Virus record (IMG/VR): IMGVR_UViG_3300025098_000043
Coordinates: 1-59,507 of that record
DNA length: 59,507 nt
Source: a virus
Lineage: Duplodnaviria > Caudoviricetes
Reading direction: 5' to 3' (one strand)
Under the pieces are notes generated by a model. That model did no database searches. It saw only the letters and a program-made list of their open reading frames with translations, and was not told where the DNA came from. Shown in pieces: positions 27,512 through 36,546 of this stretch (position 1 is its first letter; every line of letters begins with the position of its first letter). A program made the position numbers and the translations under genes.

Positions 27512-28465
27512 TTAACGGCCCATAGAGCCTGAAATTTTGCTTGCTGCGCTTTCTGTGACAGCTGAGGTTCCTCCCATTGCTAATATAGCGGCCCTTAATG
27601 CTCTTCTCCTCGCTTCAAAAGGAGTATTGAACTGCGAAGGATCAATACCGTATTGGTTTTCTAGCATAGTGTTGATTGTCTGCCACTGAGAATCAGTTTT
27701 AGCCGCATCGGCGTAATCAATGTCATCGCCTTCACCAATCTCCATACTATCTAGCAGCTTCTTGTTCGCCATATTTACATCGAAGCGAGCTTTCTCTTCT
27801 TCTTCTCTCTGCTCTGCGGTCTTCTCAGCTTGTGCTAGTTGCGCCCTCTTCTTAGCGTCGCCCGCTATGCTGAGGTAAGCGTTACCTAGTTCAGAGGGTT
27901 GGCTAGTCAACATCTCTTCAAGTGCTTTGACATTACCAGACTTAGCGTAAGCCTCCATGATTTTTTGGTTTTCTGCCTCACGCTTATTGTCTTGAGCCAG
28001 TTGAAGTCTCTGCTGCTTCTCCTTCTGCTCGTTCTTGTATTTCTCTGAATTAAACTGAGCTTGGGCCATGCTATTAGCTGCTCCAAACACCGCAGTAACT
28101 GCGGGGTTAGTGAGGGCGGAGGGCGGTAGCTGCGCGTAGATTGCAGCGATACCTTGTGTTTTTTCAAACGCATCTTTAGAAGGATCATTCGCGAGACCTA
28201 GTTGAGCGTCCACGAAATCAGGAATCATTTGGTGAGCTTCGGCTTCGTTCTTAGCCTTACGACGAAGTTCTTCTAGCTGAAAATTCTGGGTCTCTTGCGA
28301 TATTCTTACACTCTCAGCCCGCATAGCTGCACTCGCCATCTTAGCGAGATGCTCTTGTTCGGGCATCTCAACTTCTCTTTGATACTGCATTTGCTGTGCA
28401 GCGTCTAAACCTCCCCTGAAGATGTCCTGCATCTTCAAAGCTTCCATTTCCTGAGCGATATCCAT
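27512..28465 (-). CDS. Putative internal virion protein (317 aa)
   Basis: Ala/Gln/Glu-rich and helical; upstream of the giant ORF. Confidence 0.55.
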   Translation of the reverse strand: MDIAQEMEALKMQDIFRGGLDAAQQMQYQREVEMPEQEHLAKMASAAMRAESVRISQETQNFQLEELRRKAKNEAEAHQMIPDFVDAQLGLANDPSKDAFEKTQGIAAIYAQLPPSALTNPAVTAVFGAANSMAQAQFNSEKYKNEQKEKQQRLQLAQDNKREAENQKIMEAYAKSGNVKALEEMLTSQPSELGNAYLSIAGDAKKRAQLAQAEKTAEQREEEEKARFDVNMANKKLLDSMEIGEGDDIDYADAAKTDSQWQTINTMLENQYGIDPSQFNTPFEARRRALRAAILAMGGTSAVTESAASKISGSMGR

Positions 28466-28482
28466 TGTCTAAAGTATTTAGG

Positions 28483-29628
28483 TTAAACGTTCCCGTATTG
28501 TTTCACTTGCTCATAAGGTTTAGGAGACTTTTTGTATGACCGTAGGATGTCGTCCAAGAGAGACCGAGTCTTTTCAGCACGTTCGGCTGAAGCCATAGAC
28601 TGTAGAACGTCTCGTTGTCTGTCGGATTGAGAAGTAATTGAAGGTCGATTCTTACCCATCTGGCCTGCTTGTGCTAGTAATGGATTTACAAGAGCATCAA
28701 CTTTAAGCCCCTTACGTTTAGCTAGCCGAGCCATTCGGGCAGCTTTATTAATCATAAGAGTTTCAGGGCTAGTGATTGATCGGCTTTCACCTGCTGCTCC
28801 AGTCAAAGAATTACGTGCTACGAAAGGTTTCCCAGCTGCTCTATCTTGCTGGGCGAGTCTAACTTTCTGATCATAAGCACCTAACCCACCACCTAGTTTC
28901 CCTTCAAACCTCTGAAGGTAACCTAGTTCTTTCTCAGTTGCTCTATCTTTAATCAAATCTTCTCTTGAGAAAGCTTTCTTCATCTCATCTTTAGTGAGGT
29001 TAGCTTTGCCTGACTCACCTTTTTCAAAGAGTTTTTCTTGTGCGGCTTCATCTAGCATACCACCTTTAGATAGCTTTTTGGCTTCTTCCATCAAACCTAC
29101 CCTTGCCTGCTTCTTCTGCATTGCGGGTTGTTGTGCAATGTCACCGAGAAGTTTACTCTTTTCTTCTTGCGGCATTGAGGTATCAGCTATCGTTTGCTTA
29201 CGTAGCTGCCCTAGTTCCAAAAGATCTCTTTCGTAGTCTCCCTTTTTTTCTACGCCTGCTTGATCTAAAGCTTGGAAGCCTTTGTCGTAAGCGTCCATAA
29301 CAGGTTCTTCTGCGGGTGCGCCTACAGCACCAGTAGCTCCAATCGGGCCTACTTCACCTAAGCCACCAGAATCACCTAATCCTCCGGTTTCACCAAAGTT
29401 TTCGCTGCGCTTCTTCTCTTCCTCCGAATTTTGTAATCCTCCGGTTTTACCAAAGTTTTCTCTGCGATTCTTCTCTGCCTCCGAATTTTGTAATCCTCCG
29501 GTTTTACCAAAGTTTTCTCTGCGATTCTTCTCTTCCTCCGAATTTTGTAATCCTCCGGTCTGCCCTAATCCTTGAGGCTTTCCTTGAGCAAGGCGTTTAG
29601 CAGCCTCTTTTTTTTGTCTCTCAGTCAT
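28483..29628 (-). CDS. Putative internal virion protein (likely start ATG 29628)
   Basis: Gly/Lys/Glu-rich, with three 57-bp repeats (29377-29559) encoding TGGLQNSE.EK.R.ENFG. Confidence 0.55.
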   Translation of the reverse strand: MTERQKKEAAKRLAQGKPQGLGQTGGLQNSEEEKNRRENFGKTGGLQNSEAEKNRRENFGKTGGLQNSEEEKKRSENFGETGGLGDSGGLGEVGPIGATGAVGAPAEEPVMDAYDKGFQALDQAGVEKKGDYERDLLELGQLRKQTIADTSMPQEEKSKLLGDIAQQPAMQKKQARVGLMEEAKKLSKGGMLDEAAQEKLFEKGESGKANLTKDEMKKAFSREDLIKDRATEKELGYLQRFEGKLGGGLGAYDQKVRLAQQDRAAGKPFVARNSLTGAAGESRSITSPETLMINKAARMARLAKRKGLKVDALVNPLLAQAGQMGKNRPSITSQSDRQRDVLQSMASAERAEKTRSLLDDILRSYKKSPKPYEQVKQYGNV

Positions 29629-29630
29629 GG

Positions 29631-29924
29631 TTACCAAAGTTTCTTACAGGCCCAGTATCTAGCCGTTGTTTTGTCTTTTGCAGTTTTGCAGTTGTGCCTA
29701 GCGCGGAAATTAGCTCTACGCTTAGGGTTCTTATGTTTCGTGAAATCACTGTAGTCGCGGTGGCCGAAGCCAACTTTCTTTATTTTCTCGCCCTCTTTAC
29801 CTAAAACGACAAATTTTTTCTTCGATCCTTTAGGCGCGCGCTTAGGTTTATTAAAACCAGCATAAGTCTCGCCATGATACTGGATTCGCCCAGACGGCAA
29901 GCGTTTGAATCGTTTAGTCGCCAC
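29631..29924 (-). CDS. Small basic viral protein (DUF5754/DUF6321-like); likely GTG start at 29924
   Basis: KKVGFGHRDYSDFTKH...RRANFRARHNC...DKTTARYWACKKLW. Confidence 0.65.
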   Translation of the reverse strand: MATKRFKRLPSGRIQYHGETYAGFNKPKRAPKGSKKKFVVLGKEGEKIKKVGFGHRDYSDFTKHKNPKRRANFRARHNCKTAKDKTTARYWACKKLW

Positions 29925-29931
29925 GCGACAT

Positions 29932-29960
29932 AAACTACCAGAATTCAACGAAACTGTCAA
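29932..29960 (-). promoter_or_regulatory. Sigma70-type promoter, leaderless transcript
   Basis: TTGACA-N17-TAGTTT ending 7 nt before GTG 29924. Confidence 0.55.
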
Positions 29961-29987
29961 CGGAGGGTCTGCTGCGGCACCCGCCTA

Positions 29988-30061
29988 AAAAACTTTTCTG
30001 TCTTACCCTTAGTTCTATAATATATATATTATAGAACTAACGGTCTAAGGAAAAAGTTTTT
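29988..30061. repeat. 74-bp nested palindrome, copy 3
   Basis: Identical 32-bp core at 30009-30040; outer arms extend to CGCCTAAAAAACTTTT / AAAAGTTTTTTAGGCG; overlaps the TerL stop. Confidence 0.95.
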
Positions 30062-31848
30062 TAGGCGAGTAGCGACGAATCGGGATTATTAAGCGCACCA
30101 CTCAAACTCTTAATCGAAACCTGTTTCCTGAACCCTTTACCATCTTCGTCTTTCGGTGGATCAACAGCCACGAGTCCCATACGCTGGCGAGCGCAATCGA
30201 GCGCAAGAAATGCGGCATCAGCCAAGTCAGGACTACGACCGAACCTAGCTTTGAACTCTAATTTTGATTCGATCTTCACTTTAAGGGAACCAGTTTTCAC
30301 CATATCGTAGTTTCTGGCGCACATCTCTTTGGCTAAATCCGACGAGATTCCGTAGATCTGGCGCGTCCGCATTAGCTCCTTACCGACGAACCAGAGTTCT
30401 GACACTCTATTAGTGTAGAGTTCTTCACCTGTAAGTTGACTGTTCATACTGACTCGTTTGTCGGATGCTTTACCGCCAAAAGTAACGCGCATGAATGAAC
30501 TCTCCCACTCGCCAGCTAATACATCACAGAAAGGCGCACCTGCACCAGTGGAGTCAATAGCTAGATTACTAGCAGATATATCTCTCCGTTTGCAGTGGTC
30601 GATAATTTGATGAACAATCTGGTAGGTGCGCGGAACCGCTTTATTTGAGGCATCATCATTGAGGTGTATGGCCTCTCCCAATTTGCATACATACTGACCG
30701 TTTCGAGCGTAACCAACCTCAGCGGTGTATAAGATCGTACGGTCTCCGCCTGTCGTGAACGCGGGGTCACATCCTGCGATAATCGTCGGTTTTTCTACCC
30801 AATCTACGTCACCTAAAGCGCCACTTTTAGCCATCTCAGCCTCAGAGTAGATTCCGGTTGTCTCGTCGCTGTCGAAGAAAACGGCCCTGACCATTCGCAT
30901 GTAGCCTCTTGACTCTGGCCCTAACAATAGTCGGTCCTCTTCCAGCTTGGCAGCGGTCGGGAGCCAAGGATATTTTTCTTCTCCTAATAATATATTTGGG
31001 CTTCGCTCACCATCTAGTCTTATATACTTACCACCCCACTTAGTTTTCCACTCATCAGCAGTCTGCGTATCGATGGCTTCCCAGCCCTTCTTCGGCTCTG
31101 ACCACACGCCAAAAGCGTCGAATCGGCTATTCGGGTTAGACATTCCAATCATCTGGAAGAACGGGTTCTTAGAAAGGTTAGTCAGACCAGCCTGCAATAT
31201 ACTTTCAGAAAGTTCTGAAAGTTCATCACCAATCATAATTACCCGCTTCTGCTTAATTCCTATGAATCTGCCAACTGCCTCGCGTGTTTTGGATTTCTCC
31301 GCTGCAATCAAAGAAAGACCAGCCCGTTCGATAAGCGTGCCGTTCTCATCGACATACGCTGCGTTTCCGATTGAATCCCGAATCTTGATTGGCGCACCAT
31401 CGATCACGGACAACAAAGACATAACGGAACCCCATATCCTTTTTCGCGCTTCCCGTAACGTGGTAGAGGTCATCAGGACTAGTGTGTCACGAGGCTGGCA
31501 GAGCCATTGGACAATACCCCACGCGGCCATCGTGTGTGATTTACCACTACTGGCGGAGCCACCGATAGCCAGATATTTATCTTTTAGAGCAGCTCGAATC
31601 ATCTTTTCGGCCCAAGGATGGCGAACCATCATCGGCTCTGGTAGTTCTTCGCGATTCCAAAGTTCGTCGCATATCCGCCAGAAGTAGAACTCTTTAGCTT
31701 TATTATTAGGGTGATGAGCGAACCCATATAATAGAGCGGTCAGCGTGCTAGTAGGTTGAATCATTAGACCACCTACGTCCATCTGCTTAGATTGTGGGTC
31801 GATGCGCGGCTCTAGAACGCGCTTGCGTTTGTCTGCTTCTGACGGCAT
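30061..31848 (-). CDS. terL: Terminase large subunit (likely start MPSEADK at 31848)
   Basis: Walker A GGSASSGKS, Walker B MIGDE, coupling motif MSNP, and RNase H-like GCDPA, IDSTG and SPDLADA. Confidence 0.9.
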   Translation of the reverse strand: MPSEADKRKRVLEPRIDPQSKQMDVGGLMIQPTSTLTALLYGFAHHPNNKAKEFYFWRICDELWNREELPEPMMVRHPWAEKMIRAALKDKYLAIGGSASSGKSHTMAAWGIVQWLCQPRDTLVLMTSTTLREARKRIWGSVMSLLSVIDGAPIKIRDSIGNAAYVDENGTLIERAGLSLIAAEKSKTREAVGRFIGIKQKRVIMIGDELSELSESILQAGLTNLSKNPFFQMIGMSNPNSRFDAFGVWSEPKKGWEAIDTQTADEWKTKWGGKYIRLDGERSPNILLGEEKYPWLPTAAKLEEDRLLLGPESRGYMRMVRAVFFDSDETTGIYSEAEMAKSGALGDVDWVEKPTIIAGCDPAFTTGGDRTILYTAEVGYARNGQYVCKLGEAIHLNDDASNKAVPRTYQIVHQIIDHCKRRDISASNLAIDSTGAGAPFCDVLAGEWESSFMRVTFGGKASDKRVSMNSQLTGEELYTNRVSELWFVGKELMRTRQIYGISSDLAKEMCARNYDMVKTGSLKVKIESKLEFKARFGRSPDLADAAFLALDCARQRMGLVAVDPPKDEDGKGFRKQVSIKSLSGALNNPDSSLLA

Positions 31849-31858
31849 AATTAAATCG

Positions 31859-32473
31859 ATGTCTGAAAAACCTATACGAGAGTGCGAGGCTGAAGCCTTG
31901 CGCCTTAACAAAGAAGGTTACAGTAATAGTGCGATTGGTCAACACATTGGGGTCCACCGCAATACAATACGTAAGTGGTTAAAGAAACACGGAGTCGCCG
32001 CTAAGATGAACGGGGACACAGTAGAAGGTAAAGTGCTGGGAAATTTAATCCACGATAAAGGCCAAGATAAAGACCAACTAAAAGAAGATGTTGAAGAACA
32101 CTTCAATGACACCATAAGTTCAGCAATTGTAGAGGAGCGGTTTCGAGCATCTAAAGAAGAGGACGTGACCCTCAACGAAATCGCTGAAGCACAGAACTCG
32201 CCCGCTGATAAATACCAACACTACATCGCAGCTGCTGGAATTAAACTTCTACGTGACTCGATGAAGGGGTTACGCGGGCCTAGAACGATTAGGGAGATGT
32301 CAGAACTAGACCAGCTCATCAGGCGTAACTTAGGACTCAACGCTAAGACTGGTGGCGGTAGTAGTAAAATGCAGATCGACATATCTATACTGAACAACTC
32401 TAAAGCAGATAAAGGTGGAGGCGCGGTCAGGCAGAAAAAAACGATTGACGCGGAGACCGGAAACGAGATTTAA
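31859..32473 (+). CDS. HTH protein, putative terminase small subunit (start ATG 31859)
   Basis: N-terminal HTH EGYSNSAIGQHIGVHRNTIRKW, helical middle region and a C-terminal strand, adjacent to terL. Confidence 0.6.
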   Translation: MSEKPIRECEAEALRLNKEGYSNSAIGQHIGVHRNTIRKWLKKHGVAAKMNGDTVEGKVLGNLIHDKGQDKDQLKEDVEEHFNDTISSAIVEERFRASKEEDVTLNEIAEAQNSPADKYQHYIAAAGIKLLRDSMKGLRGPRTIREMSELDQLIRRNLGLNAKTGGGSSKMQIDISILNNSKADKGGGAVRQKKTIDAETGNEI

Positions 32474-32483
32474 TACCCTTACA

Positions 32484-32714
32484 ATGTTCCAAGATCGTGA
32501 GCCAGAGGTAGGGCCGAAGTTTATTACCCGAATTGACGAGGGGGCGGACTTCCGTTTCCCCGTCGATACCGCTGACGGCCTTTGGTATCGCGTGAAGCCT
32601 TCAACAGCCCGCGAAGTATTCTACTTGCAGTCTCTGCCGAAAGGGATCAGAGTCTTAGTTCCAGCTGAGGGCGACGGCCTTCTAGTCAGAGGAGATTCAA
32701 TCCCAGCAAAATAA
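32484..32714 (+). CDS. Hypothetical protein (76 aa)
   Basis: ATG 32484; TAATG coupling to the next gene. Confidence 0.55.
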   Translation: MFQDREPEVGPKFITRIDEGADFRFPVDTADGLWYRVKPSTAREVFYLQSLPKGIRVLVPAEGDGLLVRGDSIPAK

Positions 32715-33097
32715 TGAAACCAGAAACCCTATTCCGTCTTCACGAATCGACGTGCAAGAAAACGCTCGAAATTATGCGAGCAAAAAACTCTGACTACTGC
32801 GGTGGTGAGAACACTGTCGATGCACTCGCCAATTTCAAGACTGCTAAATCACTTGGCCTCCATCCTGTCACCGGACTCTTGTTGAGAATGCAAGATAAGT
32901 TGATGCGGATTAAATCGTTCGTGAATGACGGTGAGTTAAAAGTAGCAGGTGAGTCAGTAGATGATGCCTGTGAAGATCTCGTGAACTATTCGATTCTCGC
33001 GAAAGCTTTACTAAGTGAGGAGCGTGAGTGCGGCACTTGCAGCAATCCAGTTTCTGGTGGGGAGTGTGACAATCTCTATTGTCCTGAAAAATCTTGA
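32714..33097 (+). CDS. DUF1599 / nucleotide-modification-associated domain 1 protein (all-alpha NTP-PPase-like)
   Basis: KNSDY...ANF...RMQDKLMRI...ESVDD...DLVNY, plus a C-terminal Cys cluster. Confidence 0.7.
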   Translation: MKPETLFRLHESTCKKTLEIMRAKNSDYCGGENTVDALANFKTAKSLGLHPVTGLLLRMQDKLMRIKSFVNDGELKVAGESVDDACEDLVNYSILAKALLSEERECGTCSNPVSGGECDNLYCPEKS

Positions 33098-33582
33098 TGA
33101 TCGTCGGGATCGACAACGGACTCGATGGCGGACTTTGCGCTATATCTAAATTTGATGGTGGCATCATCGACAAGATTCGTATGCCGACTCTTCAAATGTC
33201 GAAGAAGAAAGAAATTGACATCCGTTCCATCAACCAGTGGCTCCTCGATTTTAATACACCATTCGATCTCGCAATCGAAGAACCATTAGCCCATGCAAAA
33301 AGCAGCCAAGCTGTTAGATCAATGGCTATTAGCTTTGGTAAGCTAATAGGTATGGCTGAGTCACACGATTACTCAGTCCTACGTGTGAGCGTCCATAAGT
33401 GGCAGAAGCATATGCTTGGTCGGACTCCTAAAGGAAAAACCAAAGAAGCAGCTTTAGCATTGGCTGATTCACTCGCGCCAGAAGAGAACTGGCTTGCAAA
33501 CAAGAGGTGTAAAAAACCTCACGACGGTATGATCGACGCCTATCTTATTGCTCAGTATATTTGGGGTGGGAGAAAAAGTTGA
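33097..33582 (+). CDS. RuvC-like Holliday junction resolvase
   Basis: IVGIDNG, AIEEP, WQK and HDGMIDA.LIA acidic motifs. Confidence 0.8.
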   Translation: MIVGIDNGLDGGLCAISKFDGGIIDKIRMPTLQMSKKKEIDIRSINQWLLDFNTPFDLAIEEPLAHAKSSQAVRSMAISFGKLIGMAESHDYSVLRVSVHKWQKHMLGRTPKGKTKEAALALADSLAPEENWLANKRCKKPHDGMIDAYLIAQYIWGGRKS

Positions 33583-33635
33583 ACTTTTTCTGGACATAGC
33601 TAGTTGCTTCAATTATTTGTCTGTCCATAGACAAT

Positions 33636-34928
33636 ATGAAGAAACTATATCCCAAGCAGCAAGAAGCTTTCGACTTCTTTTTAGCAAAGCATAAACTAGG
33701 ACTTAACTCGTTAGATACGAGTCACGTCGGAACTGGCAAGACCATCGTAGCTTGCCACCTTGCCAAAATTCTCAAGAAGCCAGTCGCAGTCATCTGCCCG
33801 AAGGCAGTGATCCCATCTTGGGAACGCGAACTCGCTGAGTGCGGTATGAAGCCTCTGTTCGTTCTTAACTACGAGAAGATCAGGACCGGAAAGACAGAGT
33901 GGATGTCTAAGCGCGGGAAGAAGATTATGTCTTGGTATCTGCCTGAAGATACACTAGTGCTAGTCGATGAGGTCCATAAGTGCAAAGGACCATATACTCA
34001 AAACGCGCAGCTACTTATTTCTCTCGTCACTCAAGGCTACTCTGTCCACGCCATGAGTGCGACCGCTGCCGAAGACCCTACTGAGATGCGACCGATAGGT
34101 TACGCATTGGGCCTACATAGCTTAAACAAACCTGAAGGGGAACTTAAAAGCTGGTTTAGCTGGATGATGAAATTCGGTTGCACTCAAAATCAATGGAATG
34201 CGTGGGAGTTGCGCCGTAAAACAAAACTTAATGACCTTAATAAGGTCATGTATGGGAAGAATGTTAAACGTCTTACGGTGGACGATTTCCCAGATTCTTT
34301 TAAAGATAACCGAGTGTTCATCGAGCCTGTTGCCTTTGGGTCTGCCGCTAAGATTGCTAAGGCTTATAAAGATCTGGACATCACACCGGAGATCGTGACT
34401 AATCTTTTAGAGAATGGAACCGTCGAAGATAGTGATTGGGTTCTCGTTAATCTGTTACGCGCACGTCAATTAGCGGAGTCGCTCAAAGCTAAAGACATGG
34501 CTGATATGGCTAAAGATTACGTTGAGCAAGGCCATAGTGTTGTTCTCTTCGTTAATTTTTCCGAAACAGCTTCAACACTCCAACAACTACTTGAATGCCC
34601 AGCTATTTTAGGAGGACAGACTACCGCAGAAAGGCAGCAGGTAATTGACGACTTCCAAGAAGATAAAGAACACGTCATTGTAGTTAACATCGCAGCAGGA
34701 GGAACGGGCATCTCGTTGCACGATATCAACGGCAACCGCCAACGGATCTCGTTGATATCACCGACCTTCAATGTCAAGGATCACTTACAAGCATTAGGGC
34801 GCATACACCGCAACGGAGCTAAATCTGACGCCATCCAGAAAATTCTGGTTGCTAGTGACTCAATTGAAGAACACGTTATGAGAGTCATAGATCAGAAGTC
34901 AGAAAATCTAGAAACACTTCACCAATAA
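33636..34928 (+). CDS. Superfamily 2 (DExH) helicase
   Basis: VGTGKT, DEVH, SAT and QALGRIHR motifs. Confidence 0.9.
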   Translation: MKKLYPKQQEAFDFFLAKHKLGLNSLDTSHVGTGKTIVACHLAKILKKPVAVICPKAVIPSWERELAECGMKPLFVLNYEKIRTGKTEWMSKRGKKIMSWYLPEDTLVLVDEVHKCKGPYTQNAQLLISLVTQGYSVHAMSATAAEDPTEMRPIGYALGLHSLNKPEGELKSWFSWMMKFGCTQNQWNAWELRRKTKLNDLNKVMYGKNVKRLTVDDFPDSFKDNRVFIEPVAFGSAAKIAKAYKDLDITPEIVTNLLENGTVEDSDWVLVNLLRARQLAESLKAKDMADMAKDYVEQGHSVVLFVNFSETASTLQQLLECPAILGGQTTAERQQVIDDFQEDKEHVIVVNIAAGGTGISLHDINGNRQRISLISPTFNVKDHLQALGRIHRNGAKSDAIQKILVASDSIEEHVMRVIDQKSENLETLHQ

Positions 34929-34934
34929 AACAAA

Positions 34935-35111
34935 ATGAACGAAAGCACTAAATACCTATCAGATGCAGAAAAGATTCGCCTCAAATTACTTGAGGATGAG
35001 ATCTACATGCTAAACCACAAAATTGACCGGACAATCAAGAAACGTGATTATATCCAGCGTGAGGTAACGCACATAAAAGAATCGACCCATGAGCGAACAA
35101 CCAAACCATAG
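34935..35111 (+). CDS. Small coiled-coil hypothetical protein (58 aa, not in ORF track)
   Basis: Manual translation MNESTKYLSDAEKIRLKLLEDEIYMLNHKIDR...; A-rich leader; fills the gap. Confidence 0.55.
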   Translation: MNESTKYLSDAEKIRLKLLEDEIYMLNHKIDRTIKKRDYIQREVTHIKESTHERTTKP

Positions 35112-35409
35112 CGATAGGGGCCACGCGGAGTTCTCACCATCGAGCCTGAAATATGTAGCCGCCTGTGCTGGCTTTGATCCCGACGAGCATGAAATGCTGT
35201 TGATGGACGGATACGATGACTGCCTCGTCGGAGTTGTCGAAAGGTTTGGGCAAAACCCTATCCTGTGTTACAGCAAGGACAGAGTTCTTCGTAAACTAGA
35301 ATCCGATGAAATGAGTAGAGACGAAGCGGAGGAGTTTTTCTACTATAATCAAATTGGCGCGTGGTGGGGAGATGGCACTCCATGCTTTTTATCGTCGAAC
35401 GAAACTTAA
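35089..35409 (+). CDS. Chimeric hypothetical protein: copy of the nuclease N-terminus fused to an acidic phage domain
   Basis: The first ~28 aa match 35431..; the rest is DGYDDC.VG...Y......EAEEFF.YN..GAW.G..TP.F. Confidence 0.7.
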   Translation: MSEQPNHSDRGHAEFSPSSLKYVAACAGFDPDEHEMLLMDGYDDCLVGVVERFGQNPILCYSKDRVLRKLESDEMSRDEAEEFFYYNQIGAWWGDGTPCFLSSNET

Positions 35410-35510
35410 AAATAATTAAACAACAAAGCTATGAACCAACCAGACCACCAAAGCAGGGGCCACGCGGAGTTCTCACCATCGAGCCTGAAATATGTAGCCG
35501 CTTGTGCTGG
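35116..35510 (+). repeat. 56-bp direct repeat (35116-35171 and 35455-35510, one mismatch)
   Basis: AGGGGCCACGCGGAGTTCTCACCATCGAGCCTGAAATATGTAGCCGC(C/T)TGTGCTGG occurs twice, 339 bp apart. Confidence 0.95.
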
Positions 35511-36525
35511 TTATCAAGGTCGCGACGGGACGTCAGCGGCAGCCGAAATGGGGACCAGAATCCACGAGGCCCTAGAAGTTTTTGACCCTTCTGCCCTCCA
35601 CACCGAACAGGAACATGATATCTATGAACAGATCGTTCAAATGGAGCAGGATTTCATGGATAACTTTGGGGACGTCTCTGAGGAGCTAAACGAGATTCAG
35701 GTTGAGGTTGCCCTAGATGGTACTGAGACATGGGGAACCTGTGATCGATTCCTTATCCTTAAAGGAGGTGACCGAGCAGTCATGGCCGATTATAAAACCG
35801 GAATCAGTATTATTGATCCGCCAGAGAAGAACTGGCAAGCCAAAGCCTATACGACTGGAGCCTTCCAGAAGTACCCAGACATTCAAGAGATCGTTTTCGC
35901 GTTTTACGTGCCGCAGCATAATGCGACCCTTCACCACACGTTTACGCGAGGCGATCTCCCTACTTTAGTCGAGGATCTTAGCCGTGTTATAACGGCAGGC
36001 GAAAAGATCCGACCTAAATGGGAGTCCGGCACACCGGAGCTGGAGGAATGCACTCCGACTCAGTATTGCCGATTCTGTAAGCACGAAGATACTTGTCCTG
36101 CATTAGGTGGACTCGTTATCAGCGTAGCTAAGAAACTTGATACCACGTTGCCGGACATTGATCCTACTGACGTGGACAATCCAGCTAGACTCTCTGAGCT
36201 ATTTAACATCGCGAAGATTGTTGAGAACTGGTCAGCGTCTATTAAACGTAAAACACTCGACGCTCTTAAAGACGGTGAGCAGCTTGATGGACTTAAACTA
36301 CGCTCGATGGGGCGGACCCGAAAAATCTCTGACAATGCTACTTTTGTAAAAATTGCAGAAAAACATGGAATAGATCTCGACACGTTACTAGATCAAGTTA
36401 ATATCCCGCTCGCCAAGGTTGCCAAGAAAGCGGGAGCCGATAGCAAACAACCTTTCCTCGACGAATGCGAAGATGCAGGAATCGTTGAAACATCCGACGA
36501 ACGACACAGTGTCGCGACTCAATAA
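35431..36525 (+). CDS. Cas4-like / DUF2800 PD-(D/E)XK exonuclease
   Basis: HAEFSPSS...C, GTRIH, GTCD, DYKTG, Q..AY and CRFC...CP motifs. Confidence 0.85.
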   Translation: MNQPDHQSRGHAEFSPSSLKYVAACAGYQGRDGTSAAAEMGTRIHEALEVFDPSALHTEQEHDIYEQIVQMEQDFMDNFGDVSEELNEIQVEVALDGTETWGTCDRFLILKGGDRAVMADYKTGISIIDPPEKNWQAKAYTTGAFQKYPDIQEIVFAFYVPQHNATLHHTFTRGDLPTLVEDLSRVITAGEKIRPKWESGTPELEECTPTQYCRFCKHEDTCPALGGLVISVAKKLDTTLPDIDPTDVDNPARLSELFNIAKIVENWSASIKRKTLDALKDGEQLDGLKLRSMGRTRKISDNATFVKIAEKHGIDLDTLLDQVNIPLAKVAKKAGADSKQPFLDECEDAGIVETSDERHSVATQ

Positions 36526-36546
36526 ACCAAAACAATAATTGATATT

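Noticed and set aside
30947-31687. Long antisense ORFs in the track (e.g. 30947..31687, 3339..4001, 54847..55446, 507..755)
   Set aside because: They are shadows of well-supported genes on the opposite strand and carry no motifs.
14770-33965. Partial ACTAGTG matches (e.g. 14770, 31478, 33953)
   Set aside because: Half-sites only, inside coding regions, with no second arm.
35431-36525. Cas4 as evidence of a CRISPR-Cas system
   Set aside because: It is a stand-alone Cas4-like/DUF2800 nuclease in the usual nuclease-SSB-PolA replication context.
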